In this document: positions 1 to 9,990 of the stretch, piece by piece
Position numbering within the stretch: position 1 is the first letter of the stretch
How the letters are laid out: every line of letters begins with the position of its first letter
NCBI GenBank assembly: GCA_038874135.1
Contig: JAVZCZ010000001.1
Location: 640,001 to 704,000 of the forward strand
DNA from: Candidatus Woesearchaeota archaeon
GTDB taxonomy: Archaea > Nanobdellota > Nanobdellia > Woesearchaeales > 0-14-0-80-44-23
DNA length: 64,000 nucleotides
Direction: 5' to 3'
Notes under the pieces: generated by a model
What the model was told of the DNA's origin: nothing
The model's database searches: none
The model's input: only the letters and a program-made list of their open reading frames with translations
Program-made: the position numbers and the translations under genes

Positions 1-422
1 AGTATTCTTTTATGAAAAACTTTTTTGATAAAATACTCCTAGACGCGCCATGCTCAGGCACAGGCACTATCAACAAGTCTGTTGAAACAATAAAGATGTG
101 GAATCCCTCAATGGTGAAGAGGTTATCCAGCATACAAAAGCGCCTAATCAATGCAGCATTTTCAGCATTAAAGCCCGGGGGAACCCTTGTCTATTCAACC
201 TGCACAATGGAGCCCGAAGAGAATGAATCAGTTGTTAACTTCCTGCTATCTAAGCATGAAGATGCAAATCTGGAAGAAATTAGTCTGAACATAAAAAGAA
301 GTCGTCCAATAATGGAATTTGAAGGGGAAAGGTTCAGAGAGGAAATCTCTAAATGTTTAAGAATATGGCCTCAAGACAACCTGACAGAAGGATTCTTTGT
401 AGCGAAGATTTTGAAAGGCTAA
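1..422 (+). CDS. RsmB/NOL1/NOP2 RNA m5C methyltransferase, 5'-truncated by window edge
   Basis: ILLDAPCSGTG and LVYSTCT..PEENE motifs, C-terminal GFFVAK; frame is open back to the window start. Confidence 0.9.
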   Translation, partial: YSFMKNFFDKILLDAPCSGTGTINKSVETIKMWNPSMVKRLSSIQKRLINAAFSALKPGGTLVYSTCTMEPEENESVVNFLLSKHEDANLEEISLNIKRSRPIMEFEGERFREEISKCLRIWPQDNLTEGFFVAKILKG

Positions 423-474
423 ACCCTTTTGCCATTTAAAAAAGTTTATATAATACCCACTCATCTTTTATCCC

Positions 475-1017
475 ATGGAAGAGGTGGTCAGGCAGGACAT
501 TCTTTCAGTTCTCTCAGATGCAGAAAAATATATCAGAGAATCAAAAATATCTAACCTGAAGGAGCTTAGCAACCACACAATACACAACTGCAGCATATTT
601 CAAGACCACGATTCAATAATCATAGCTGTTCTGATATATTCCCTCTCCAAAGTTATGGAGAAAACTGATGGAGAGTTTTCTGCTCACGCTTTACGAAGCC
701 TAGCGTATGCTAGAAATAACCTCCTCTTAAACCATGAAGAGGAATATCAGAAGAGCATACAGGAGCTGATGGATTATATAGCCAAAACTGATAGCGCAAC
801 TAAGAAATATATACAGGAAGTAATCCTGCAGGCAATGGTTAAGAAGGGAGGTCGCATCTATGAGCACGGCATATCGCTAACCAGAGCAGCTTCAATTCTG
901 GGAGTTAGCCCGTGGGAGCTCATGACATATGTTGGGCAGAGTGCAGAGGTTGACGAGTTTATCTCAGGCAGAACTAGGGAGCGCCTTAATTTTGCCCGTT
1001 CGCTTTTTAAGAAGTGA
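475..1017 (+). CDS. Conserved hypothetical protein with C-terminal UPF0175-like HTH
   Basis: C-terminal GISLTRAASILGVSPWELM resembles UPF0175 HTH; overlaps the next gene (GTGA). Confidence 0.55.
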   Translation: MEEVVRQDILSVLSDAEKYIRESKISNLKELSNHTIHNCSIFQDHDSIIIAVLIYSLSKVMEKTDGEFSAHALRSLAYARNNLLLNHEEEYQKSIQELMDYIAKTDSATKKYIQEVILQAMVKKGGRIYEHGISLTRAASILGVSPWELMTYVGQSAEVDEFISGRTRERLNFARSLFKK

Positions 1018-1727
1018 TACTTATGAAAAATATAGTTATGGATTCAAGTTCAGTGATTTCATTAACTCTTAACAATATGCTGTGGGTTCTTGAAGAGCTT
1101 AGGCACTACCTGGATGGAGATTTTTACATTCCCCCCGCAGTAAAAGCCGAGCTTGTAGAACACCCTCTCAATACTAAGCGGTTTGAGTTTGAAGCGCTGC
1201 AGGTTCTTGCTCACATAAATCAGGGAACATTAAAGGTTGCTGAGCTGAACTCAGAATCCAAGGCGCTTTATGATGAACTTCTGAATCTTGCAAACACATC
1301 TTTCAAATCTAAAGGAGTCTGGATAAATATAGTACACTCAGGTGAGATTCAAGCTTTAGCAGTGGCAGTTGCAAATAAGGCAAGTGCTTTTTGTGTAGAT
1401 GAGCGGACCACCACGCTTCTGATAGAAAATCCCGCAGCGCTCAAGAGCCTGCTCCAGAGCAAGCTTCACAGCAGGGTTGAAGTTAATCGTGAAAATATTA
1501 ACAGGTTTAAATCACTTATACGAGGGATAAGAGTAGTTAGGTCTGTAGAGCTTATGCTGGTAGCTTATGAGAAGGGAATTCTAAACAGGTATCTTCCTGC
1601 TGATATTCCCGAGGCGCGGCAGGTTCTTCTGGATGGAATCCTCTGGGGACTAAAACTTAGAGGGTGCGCAATCTCCGAGCATGAAATTGCTCAGCTTAAG
1701 CGGATAGAAGCTAATTTTACAGCATGA
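1014..1727 (+). CDS. PIN-domain protein (DUF3368/VapC-like)
   Basis: VMDSSSVI, P.AV..EL, HSGE..AL, VDE acidic PIN motifs. Confidence 0.65.
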   Translation: MILMKNIVMDSSSVISLTLNNMLWVLEELRHYLDGDFYIPPAVKAELVEHPLNTKRFEFEALQVLAHINQGTLKVAELNSESKALYDELLNLANTSFKSKGVWINIVHSGEIQALAVAVANKASAFCVDERTTTLLIENPAALKSLLQSKLHSRVEVNRENINRFKSLIRGIRVVRSVELMLVAYEKGILNRYLPADIPEARQVLLDGILWGLKLRGCAISEHEIAQLKRIEANFTA

Positions 1728-1791
1728 CAAGTTTTTAGCATTCTCAAATAGCAAAATATTTAAAATGCTTCAGAAAAACTAACCAGTTCCC

Positions 1792-2424
1792 ATGGCAAAT
1801 CTAATCAGAAGATTTACAAGATTTTTCAAAAAGCTCTTCCTCAGGAGGAAACACCTCAAAATAGGAATATACGGACCTCCTAATGGTGGAAAGACCACTC
1901 TGGCTAATAGAATTTGCTCGGACTGGCTTGGTGAAGAGCTAGGAAAGGCTTCTAAGATACCTCACGAGACGAGAAAAGTTCAGATGAAAGAAGAAGTCAG
2001 AATAAAGTCGGGAAAGCATCAGCTCACATTCGCGCTTCTGGACACTCCCGGAATTGCAACCCGGATTGACTATGAAGATTTTGTTTCGGCAGGGCTTTCT
2101 GAAAAGGAAGCAAAGCAGAGGGCCAGGGATGCAGCCCGCGGCGTGATTGAGGCGATAAAATGGCTTGACGAGATGGATATAGTTGTACTTGTTTTAGACG
2201 CTACTAAGGATCCTTATAATCAGGTTAATCTAACAATCTTGGGAAATCTTGAAGCGAGAAATATCCCTGTTCTCATTGTTGCAAATAAGATTGATCTTAA
2301 ACGGGCAAATGTTGCTAAGATAACTTCTGCATTTCCAAACCATAAGATTATAGGCATATCTGCAAAGTTTGGTAATAACATGGAAGATTTTTATAGAAAC
2401 CTTATAGAATTGTCTTTTATCTGA
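1792..2424 (+). CDS. Archaeal Era-like GTP-binding protein (OapA-like)
   Basis: GPPNGGKT, IPHETR, DTPG, NKID; DPYNQVN motif typical of this archaeal family. Confidence 0.85.
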   Translation: MANLIRRFTRFFKKLFLRRKHLKIGIYGPPNGGKTTLANRICSDWLGEELGKASKIPHETRKVQMKEEVRIKSGKHQLTFALLDTPGIATRIDYEDFVSAGLSEKEAKQRARDAARGVIEAIKWLDEMDIVVLVLDATKDPYNQVNLTILGNLEARNIPVLIVANKIDLKRANVAKITSAFPNHKIIGISAKFGNNMEDFYRNLIELSFI

Positions 2425-2478
2425 TTTTTTTCCATAATTAAAAAAGAAATAAAAAGGGGAACATATTTATTTTCAGAT

Positions 2479-2874
2479 ATGCCTCACCAGTGCGTAAGAT
2501 GTGGAGCAGTTTATGAAGATAATTCTTCACAAATAATTAGAGGGTGCAGCTGCGGTTCAAAGCTTTTTTACTATGTTAGTAAGGAGCGACTTGAATTCCT
2601 TAGGCGTAAGGATGAGAAGTCTAAACAGGAGATACAAGAAGCTGAAAATGATGTTTTAGAAATTTTGGGCTCAGCTGTAGAGGAAATTTCACCAGTGCTC
2701 CTAGAAACTGGTTCAGTAAGAGTAATTCAGCCTGGAAAGTATGAGTTGGATGTAGTTAAACTTTTTAGAGAAAAGGTGCCAATTTTTGAAATTTCAGAAG
2801 GCAAATTTGTAATTGATATTGACTCTGCATTTAAAGGAAAATCAAACAAGAAGAGCAAGCTTATTTTGAAGTGA
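2479..2874 (+). CDS. Zn-ribbon protein (DUF2072/OapC-like)
   Basis: MPHQCVRCG...GCSCGSKLFYY and PGKYELD motifs; follows the Era-like GTPase. Confidence 0.8.
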   Translation: MPHQCVRCGAVYEDNSSQIIRGCSCGSKLFYYVSKERLEFLRRKDEKSKQEIQEAENDVLEILGSAVEEISPVLLETGSVRVIQPGKYELDVVKLFREKVPIFEISEGKFVIDIDSAFKGKSNKKSKLILK

Positions 2875-4060
2875 CAATTTCTATCACATCTCTGTGTTTG
2901 AGAATATAATTCTTTCCAACAGGCTTCTTGCTCCTCACATCTATTGCCGTTATAAAATTATTTCCCAAATCAGTGTGTATCTTGTATGCAAAGTCGAGCG
3001 CAGTTGAATTTTTAGGCATGAGGAAACAGTCGGGCAGTATTCTACCTTCTGAATCTTCAAGCTTATGCACCCCTCCCGGAAATACTGCAATATAGCCTAG
3101 AAGTTTGAACACCGCATCGTCTAGCGCATTCTGAACGCCGGTATTTCCAAATCTTTTCAAAACATTTTCTCTAATAAACTCCAAGGCGCGCTTCTGCTTT
3201 TCAGAAATCCTACTCTCATCAATTATTCTAAAATCAGAATCTCCAGGAACATACTCTATTAACCCTCTTGCATCAGCCTCTTTTAATGCAAGTTCCGACT
3301 CGGCAGAGCATGGCACCACAAGGTATTCTGGAAACTTCTCTTTAATACGTCTTATGTTTTCTTCAGCGTTAGGATAGTCCGCCTTATTTGCTGCTATTAT
3401 CATCGGCTTTGTCTTTCTTCTCAGGCTAGAGGCAAGATTTTTTAAGTCTTCAACACTCCACTTCGCAATTGGAATCTCATTAAGTTTAAGCTTCTCAATT
3501 ATCTCTTTGAAATCGTCCTCATCCGCGCCCAGCCCAGTGAACTGCTTAGCTATTGCCTTAATTGCATCAGCGTGTTCCATCGTAACTATCTTAGCAAACC
3601 TTTCCCATCCTTTGTTGAGTATCTGAAAATACCACATGTCCAGCTCTCTCTCCAAAAATTCTACATCTTCACAAGGATCGTGGCTTCCGGGCTGTACCGG
3701 CTCTCCGGATATGGTTGTAGAGCCGGCAGCGTCCACTATGTGTATAAAAGCATCGGCCTGTCTCAGATCATCTAAGAACTGATTTCCCATCCCCTTGCCC
3801 TCATGAGCTCCTGGAACAAGCCCTGCAACATCCATAACCTGAACGGGAACAAACCTGAAGGCACCCTTGTTAAAGCCGAAGCGTGGCGTAGATTTTACAT
3901 TAAATTCCTTATCTACATTTTCAACCCTCACATAGGCTACTCCACTGTTCGGCTTTATAGTTGCAAAAGGAAAGTTGGCAATATACACATCTGCAAGGGT
4001 CAGAGCTTTAAAGAATGTTGATTTTCCAACATTAGGTTTTCCAACAACGCCTATAAGCAT
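2861..4060 (-). CDS. ychF: YchF/Obg-family ATPase with C-terminal TGS domain
   Basis: GKPNVGKST, DVAGLVPGAHEGKGMGNQFLDDLR, NKAD, C-terminal TGS (AYKIHTDL). Confidence 0.93.
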   Translation of the reverse strand: MLIGVVGKPNVGKSTFFKALTLADVYIANFPFATIKPNSGVAYVRVENVDKEFNVKSTPRFGFNKGAFRFVPVQVMDVAGLVPGAHEGKGMGNQFLDDLRQADAFIHIVDAAGSTTISGEPVQPGSHDPCEDVEFLERELDMWYFQILNKGWERFAKIVTMEHADAIKAIAKQFTGLGADEDDFKEIIEKLKLNEIPIAKWSVEDLKNLASSLRRKTKPMIIAANKADYPNAEENIRRIKEKFPEYLVVPCSAESELALKEADARGLIEYVPGDSDFRIIDESRISEKQKRALEFIRENVLKRFGNTGVQNALDDAVFKLLGYIAVFPGGVHKLEDSEGRILPDCFLMPKNSTALDFAYKIHTDLGNNFITAIDVRSKKPVGKNYILKHRDVIEIVTSK

Positions 4061-4072
4061 CTTATCCCCTTG

Positions 4073-5941
4073 CTATTTTGTAATCTCTGAAATTTTTTCC
4101 TTCACAATCCTAGCTATAAGACTTCCGTCAGCCTTGCCTCTCAGTAGGGCCATGCTTCTCCCCATAACAAGACCTTCTCTAAGCTCAGCACCCTTGGATT
4201 TTAACTCAACTATTACACCCTCAATAATTTCTTTGACCTGCTCCTCGCTTAGGCGCTCGCGCTTTTTAATTGCTTCTTCAATGTTTATACCACTTGCCGC
4301 TTCAGCCAGCACTTCCTCAACAGCTTCTTTGGGAATAAGCCCTTTTGATAAAGCGCTTAATGCCCTGCGGAAGTCCTCATACTTAAGTCTGGAAGCATCA
4401 ATTCCCATTCGTGATTTTATATCCTTTGGGTATAGGAAAACTACTGAGAATACGAACTGTGGACCTATATCCGGAAATTCTTCTAGCAGACTTTCAAAGA
4501 GTTCCCTATGTTGGGACTTAGATATGATATCAGCAGCCTGCTCGCTAAGCCCCATTTTCTTATAATCCTCAGCAAACTCTGTAATGAGCTTTGGAATCTT
4601 TATCATATTGATATCTGGCGTTTTTATTATCGGGACATCCGTTTCGGGATACATCCTGCTAGCCCCCGAAATTGGCCTCATATAAGTTGTTGTTCCGTCA
4701 GTATTAGCCCTTCTCACTTCTTTCGGCACACCCATAATGCACATTTCCGCTCTCTTCAAAGCAGATTCTGCCGCCCTCTTCGCTTTTTCTTCAGAATCTG
4801 AAGCAATTATGAAGAAGGCGTCACTCTCTCCGCACCGCAAAAACTTTCTCGCATTATTTACTTCATCTTCTGATATCCCATACCCTGGTAACTCGTCAGA
4901 GTGAATTATTCCTGAAACGCCGAACTTCTTCGCATATTCAGAAAGCTCAGTGCCCAGGCGCTTTCCAGGCTGTATCTCAACTCCTAAGAGGCCTGACATT
5001 CCTTTAAGCATCGCTCCCACTACTACTCCGCCAGAGTGTATTGCTCCGAGAAGAACTTTGGAAGAGGTTTCTTTAAAGATATTTGTCATTTCTACAGCAC
5101 TGCTCTTTATCTCTTTAATTCCCCTCCTGTTTAATTCGTTTCTTATTTCTAACAGCTTCTTCTGCCGAATGGCTTCTATTTCAACTATTCTGTCCAGCAT
5201 TCTTAAATCTTGAGCTCCTTTTATCTCAACTCTTGAGCCGCCTTCTATTGAAACATTCACATCCTGCCTTATTGTGCCAAGCCCTCTTCTTATCTTGCCA
5301 GTGCTTCGCAGAATCATTCCTATCTTTTCCGCGCACTCTTTAACTTCTTTAGGATTTGATAGGTCGGGAGTAGTTGATATCTCAACTAAGGGTATTCCTA
5401 GGCGTGAAAGGTTATAAATATCATACTCCGGAGTTCTTTCTACAATTTTAGCAGCTTCTTCTTCAAGGCATATTGTGGAAATTCCCACTTTTTTACTTCC
5501 AATTTCAAGATATCCATTAACCGCTACAAGCCCAGTTCTTTGAAATCCTGAAGTGTTACTGCCATCTACAACTGTTTTTCTCATAAAGATTATCTTGGGA
5601 AGAGGCTTTGCGTTTAGTAGCAGTGCTATTTGAAGTGCAGTTTCTATTGCTTCAGGATTGGGCTCGTGCGGCGGCTCTTCGTCCAGCTCCACGGGGCAGT
5701 TTGATTTTTTGTACGCATGATATATGAAATTCTTCTTTAGCTCACTTTCATGCAGAGCAGCTTCATCTATGCTTCCCAACTCGCCAGCTACAGCTCTCAA
5801 CTTTCTTATTATCTTCAAATCCGGTTCATCTTCAATTATTTCAGAAGGACAGCTGCAAAAGAGCTTTCTAGTTGAAAGCTGCTGATGTATCTCCAGACCG
5901 CATCTCAGTCCCAATTTATCAAATTCATCCATCTGTGCCAT
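4073..5941 (-). CDS. gatE: Glu-tRNA(Gln) amidotransferase subunit E
   Basis: GLEIHQQL, RKTVVDGSNTSGFQRT, RGLGTIRQDVNVS, RMYPETD; start set at ATG 5941 just after the gatD stop. Confidence 0.96.
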   Translation of the reverse strand: MAQMDEFDKLGLRCGLEIHQQLSTRKLFCSCPSEIIEDEPDLKIIRKLRAVAGELGSIDEAALHESELKKNFIYHAYKKSNCPVELDEEPPHEPNPEAIETALQIALLLNAKPLPKIIFMRKTVVDGSNTSGFQRTGLVAVNGYLEIGSKKVGISTICLEEEAAKIVERTPEYDIYNLSRLGIPLVEISTTPDLSNPKEVKECAEKIGMILRSTGKIRRGLGTIRQDVNVSIEGGSRVEIKGAQDLRMLDRIVEIEAIRQKKLLEIRNELNRRGIKEIKSSAVEMTNIFKETSSKVLLGAIHSGGVVVGAMLKGMSGLLGVEIQPGKRLGTELSEYAKKFGVSGIIHSDELPGYGISEDEVNNARKFLRCGESDAFFIIASDSEEKAKRAAESALKRAEMCIMGVPKEVRRANTDGTTTYMRPISGASRMYPETDVPIIKTPDINMIKIPKLITEFAEDYKKMGLSEQAADIISKSQHRELFESLLEEFPDIGPQFVFSVVFLYPKDIKSRMGIDASRLKYEDFRRALSALSKGLIPKEAVEEVLAEAASGINIEEAIKKRERLSEEQVKEIIEGVIVELKSKGAELREGLVMGRSMALLRGKADGSLIARIVKEKISEITK

Positions 5942-5945
5942 CTCT

Positions 5946-7265
5946 TTAAATGAAACTAAGCGGCTCCCTCTCTGAGATTTCACCTCTGAAATTCTTCAGG
6001 ATTAGGTTGTTCCTTTTTATTTCTTCAACAGAGAAGTTACTTAGTAGCCAGGCCAGCTTTATGAAGGTGGTTTCAGGAGTCATATCAGAGTAATTACCCA
6101 GCACTCCCGCATCCAGAAGCTTCCTTCCAGGGCTGTACACGTTCATATTTACTCTTCCAAATATTGTTTGCGTGCTCATAACTACCACTTTTTCTTTTGC
6201 AATCTTGGCTATCGCTTTGAATATCTTTTCATTTTCTTCAGTAAACTCGTCGCTTTTCGTTATAGGCATATGCCCAAGTCCAGTTCCCTCCAGCACTATT
6301 CCGTCATAGTGTGAAAATCTTTCAATCTCATCAGCATACATGTTCGGGTGCGATTTAATAATTCCAATTTTTAAGTTCTCCTTTATAGGCATTAGTTTTA
6401 GAGTGAAATTTCTTGATCTTCGCGTGTAGTTTTCTGAGAAGATTTTTATTCTTCTGTTTTCATAATCTACGAGAGCTATTGGTTCAGAATTTACTGCTTT
6501 AAAAGCATCTCTTCTTGAAGAGTGGAGCTTTCTGCACTTACATGCTGGCAGTATTGCAGCAAGCCTATCCTCTGTGGAGTGGTGCATACAGACTGCGACT
6601 CCTGCAAAGTCGGAGTTAGATATGAAATACGCAGCAGAGGTTAGGTTCAGCGCGGCGTCAGAGCTTCCCCTGTCTGAGCTTCTCTGCGATCCAACTATAA
6701 TTATAGGAATTGAAATTCCGTCAAGAATAAATGAGAGGGCTGCTGCAGTGTAATGCAGCGTGTCAGTTCCTTGAGTTATTATTATGCCGTCGCTTCCAGC
6801 TTCTACTTCCTTTTTAACCTCCTCTGCTAAAAGGTTGTAATGTGCAAATCTCATGTCGTCTGACATCATGTTGCGAACAAGTCTGCTTTTTATATTAGCT
6901 ATTTCTCCGAGCTCCGGCACCATCTCTAAAATTTCTTCAGGTGAGAACTTTGCCTTGACTGCTCCAGTTTCATAATCCACTTTTGAGGCAATTGTCCCTC
7001 CAGCGTGCAGTATTGATATTGTTGGAAGCCCCTCGCGTTTTTCAGAAACTGCAGTCCTAACATTTTTTTCCTCTTTTTGATTAAAAATTCTTTCTAGGGA
7101 TTTGGCTTCAATAATCCCTCTTTTTGGAATTGACACCTGATATCCGCTTTCCAGCTTGAGTACTAAGTCTTCCTCATCTTCTTTTATTATCATCCCGTAA
7201 AACTCGCCCTGTGCTGTTCTAACTAAAAACCAGTTTCCAGTTTCAAAGTTAAAGCTTCTTTCCAT
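5946..7265 (-). CDS. gatD: Glu-tRNA(Gln) amidotransferase subunit D
   Basis: GGTIASKVDY, GTDTLHY, GSQRSSDRGSSD, HSSRRDAF. Confidence 0.96.
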   Translation of the reverse strand: MERSFNFETGNWFLVRTAQGEFYGMIIKEDEEDLVLKLESGYQVSIPKRGIIEAKSLERIFNQKEEKNVRTAVSEKREGLPTISILHAGGTIASKVDYETGAVKAKFSPEEILEMVPELGEIANIKSRLVRNMMSDDMRFAHYNLLAEEVKKEVEAGSDGIIITQGTDTLHYTAAALSFILDGISIPIIIVGSQRSSDRGSSDAALNLTSAAYFISNSDFAGVAVCMHHSTEDRLAAILPACKCRKLHSSRRDAFKAVNSEPIALVDYENRRIKIFSENYTRRSRNFTLKLMPIKENLKIGIIKSHPNMYADEIERFSHYDGIVLEGTGLGHMPITKSDEFTEENEKIFKAIAKIAKEKVVVMSTQTIFGRVNMNVYSPGRKLLDAGVLGNYSDMTPETTFIKLAWLLSNFSVEEIKRNNLILKNFRGEISEREPLSFI

Positions 7266-7387
7266 CTAAGCCCCTCTTATGCTTCTCAGAGGTGTTAGAT
7301 GCGGTATATATTAAAATCTTTTCGGATGAAACTTATTGGGAAAAATTTAAAAGATAGGACTTCCTCTATGCTGAGCGAGGTGGTAGT

Positions 7388-7696
7388 ATGCAGGTTGAGC
7401 ATTTTGGAAATCTTTCAAAAAAGATAATTCTGATAGGTCTGATAGCAATTCTTACAGGAATCGCTGTTGTAGCTTGGATATTTACAACCACGCCAGCATT
7501 TCTCTTTGGAATCTACGCCGGCTTCCTCTGGATTATGGCGGTTGGCATAATAATCATGGCAGCATATCTAGACGAGATAAGTATGGAGCTGAAAGGGTTG
7601 TATTCACAGCAGACAGATGAGCTTAAGCTTCTAAGGGCTGAGGTTGGACTTCTCAGGCACGAGATGACTAGCCCTGAAAAGAAGGGTAAGAGGTAA
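7388..7696 (+). CDS. Small two-TM membrane protein with C-terminal coiled coil
   Basis: Two hydrophobic helices; GAGGTG RBS and TTTAAA TATA upstream. Confidence 0.7.
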   Translation: MQVEHFGNLSKKIILIGLIAILTGIAVVAWIFTTTPAFLFGIYAGFLWIMAVGIIIMAAYLDEISMELKGLYSQQTDELKLLRAEVGLLRHEMTSPEKKGKR

Positions 7697-7703
7697 AGCC
7701 ATA

Positions 7704-8255
7704 TTATTTTTTTACTCTCTCCCTTCTTAAAAAGTCACCCAGATCAAAATTGTTTATAATTATAACATCTTTCTTTGCATTATCAGCTATCCTTCCATAT
7801 CCCAAACATTCTAGTGTGGAGTTGAAAATGAGGTACAGCTGAGCAGTTTTTGAAGAGGTGTGCATCTTTACTATTCCCCGCCGCATCACATCCCTGCCGC
7901 ATAGGAAGAGCCACGCAGCCTTATCATTCAGAACAACATAGTTAAGCTCATCTTTGAATATGCTAAGCTCGTTGAGAAAAGGATAAGCACACCTAAACCT
8001 ATCGTTTTTAAAACTTCCTACCCTCACTCCTAAGTATAAAACATCTCTCAACAGTGTAGCGAAGCTTACTAAGTCTTCTGGCGCAATGAAAATTTCCTCA
8101 TTGAGAATTACTAAGCCCTTCCCCTCATTTATCTTACTTTCTAGCATTTCCTGGAATATCCTTTCAGGATTGTCTGCTCCGAAATTCTTTATGAATTGAA
8201 TAACTGATTTTTTAATAGCATTTAATGAGGCTTTACCTTCTACTTCTTTTTTCAT
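7704..8255 (-). CDS. Nip7-like PUA-domain ribosome biogenesis protein
   Basis: K.AWLFLCGRDV, LGYG and DLGDFLRRE C-terminal signature; directly downstream of a NOP2-like methylase. Confidence 0.7.
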   Translation of the reverse strand: MKKEVEGKASLNAIKKSVIQFIKNFGADNPERIFQEMLESKINEGKGLVILNEEIFIAPEDLVSFATLLRDVLYLGVRVGSFKNDRFRCAYPFLNELSIFKDELNYVVLNDKAAWLFLCGRDVMRRGIVKMHTSSKTAQLYLIFNSTLECLGYGRIADNAKKDVIIINNFDLGDFLRRERVKK

Positions 8256-8260
8256 AATCT

Positions 8261-9139
8261 TCAGCCCTTTTTCAGTTTCGCTATGAAAAAACCCTGCGTG
8301 CCCGTTAGATGGGGCCACAACCTTCTCGCTAGACTAACTGATTTTTCATATTCTCTACCATTAAATTCTAAGACAGCTGGAACTCCTATTTCAAGTCCGG
8401 TTTGTTCAGCTTGCATGCCCAAAACCCTTATTGCGTAGTCCACAATCTCTTCATCTTCTTCTGGCTCAAGAGAGCAGGTTGAATATACTATAGTTCCACC
8501 CCTCTTAAGCAGTTTGAACGCTTTCTCTATAAGCCTTTTTTGCATTTCAGAATTTTTTAATATTCCTGCAATGTTTCTCTTAACGAACCAGTTTGGTTCG
8601 CTTAGATAATTCCCGGAACATGGCGCATCAAGAAGGATTCTGTCAAATCTTTCTCCTGCTTCAATTTCAAGAGCATCCTTAAGCAGTACTGCAGCGTTTC
8701 TGCAACCGGTTCTTTCCAGGTTGTTTGAGAGGGCTTCAGCCCTCTTTCTATTTTTTTCAACAGCAATTAAAACACCAGTGTTGTTCATCAGCTCGCAGAG
8801 CTGTGTGCTCTTTGAACCGGGAGCAGCGCACATATCCAGCACAACCTCGCCCGGGCTTGGATTAAGCACTACTGCTGGAATCATTGAAGCGGCTTCTTGA
8901 AGATAATAATAACCTAGTAAATATTCTGGAGTTGCTCCTAAGGAAAATCTGCTTTCATAATAAAACGCATTCTTAACAAAGGGTATCTCTTCTAAGGACA
9001 CTCCTTTTTCTTCCAACCGCCTCTTCACCTCGCTCGTGCTAATCTTTAAAGTATTGACTCTTAATGTTTTTCTAAGCTGAATATCCTGAATGTCGCCTCC
9101 TATGCTCTTATACCTTTTAAGAAAGAATGATTGATCCAT
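8261..9139 (-). CDS. NOL1/NOP2/Sun RNA m5C methyltransferase
   Basis: LRVNTLK, YYLQEAASM, DMCAAPGSKS, LLDAPCSG, VYSTCS. Confidence 0.93.
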   Translation of the reverse strand: MDQSFFLKRYKSIGGDIQDIQLRKTLRVNTLKISTSEVKRRLEEKGVSLEEIPFVKNAFYYESRFSLGATPEYLLGYYYLQEAASMIPAVVLNPSPGEVVLDMCAAPGSKSTQLCELMNNTGVLIAVEKNRKRAEALSNNLERTGCRNAAVLLKDALEIEAGERFDRILLDAPCSGNYLSEPNWFVKRNIAGILKNSEMQKRLIEKAFKLLKRGGTIVYSTCSLEPEEDEEIVDYAIRVLGMQAEQTGLEIGVPAVLEFNGREYEKSVSLARRLWPHLTGTQGFFIAKLKKG

Positions 9140-9185
9140 GAAGTAAATTAAAGTAGTGACCATTTAAAAATGTTGATGTGAAGAA

Positions 9186-9258
9186 AGCCTCTGGAGGGAC
9201 TTGCACCCTCGACCTACTGATTACAAGTCAGTCGCTCTAGCTCCTGAGCTACAGAGGC
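9186..9258 (-). tRNA. tRNA-Thr(UGU), intronless, CCA not encoded
   Basis: Cloverleaf GCCTCTG/CAGAGGC, D arm GCTC/GAGC, anticodon arm ACTGA-CTTGTAA-TCAGT, T arm GAGGG-TGCAAGT-CCCTC. Confidence 0.95.
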
Positions 9259-9319
9259 GTATTTTTGCTGGTTCAAAAACACCTTTTTAAAGCTTTTCTA
9301 TTTTAGAGCTCAGTTAGGA

Positions 9320-9889
9320 TCACTCGTAGCCTTTTGGTTCGTGGAAGAGTTGCTTTTCTGGAGTGTACTGGTATAGCTCAAAGTACATCTTTATTATGGA
9401 GTATAGCTTGTTAACCTCATCCAGGAGTATCTTCTTGTGCATTTCCATCTCTTTTATCCACACTCTCCTCTTGAAGAATTCTAAGAATAACTTCATAAAC
9501 CACGACTTGTCCCACTCCTTCCCATAGTCAAGCTCAACCGTCCCATTTATGAATATGTTAAGTTCTCCCTTTTGAGCTTTTATCTTTTTGTCCTTGAATT
9601 GCACTTCAACATCGCTCACTGCAACGCCCAAGTATTCCATGTTTATCTTATAGGTTATTCTGGAATTGCTGGACGGCTTTTTAAACCTCCACCATATGTT
9701 CATAACATATGTGGAGCCGCTCTCCTCGTGGGAATAGAATGGCTCCATAAAAGAATCCTTATTGTCAGTCAGGTCTTGATATCCATTTTCAATGAACCAG
9801 TCGTGAAGCATCTCATAAAGGGGCTTATAAGCCGCAGTTGCTTTATATCTAAAGGCGATTTCAGGCAGTTTTATCTTTAATGTGCCCAT
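9320..9889 (-). CDS. Conserved hypothetical protein
   Basis: Long clean ORF with TATA-like TTTATAAA just upstream; no recognised family. Confidence 0.7.
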   Translation of the reverse strand: MGTLKIKLPEIAFRYKATAAYKPLYEMLHDWFIENGYQDLTDNKDSFMEPFYSHEESGSTYVMNIWWRFKKPSSNSRITYKINMEYLGVAVSDVEVQFKDKKIKAQKGELNIFINGTVELDYGKEWDKSWFMKLFLEFFKRRVWIKEMEMHKKILLDEVNKLYSIIKMYFELYQYTPEKQLFHEPKGYE

Positions 9890-9990
9890 AAAAGTTTTCA
9901 ATCTCTTCAAGCTTTATAAATCTTTCCGACTGGCATAGACCACAAGTTTTATATAGGTATTAGTTCAAAAATGGGCGAAGAGGTGGAAGC

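Noticed and set aside
9186-9258. tRNA as integration site of an island
   Set aside because: No integrase and no duplicated tRNA 3' end seen in the window
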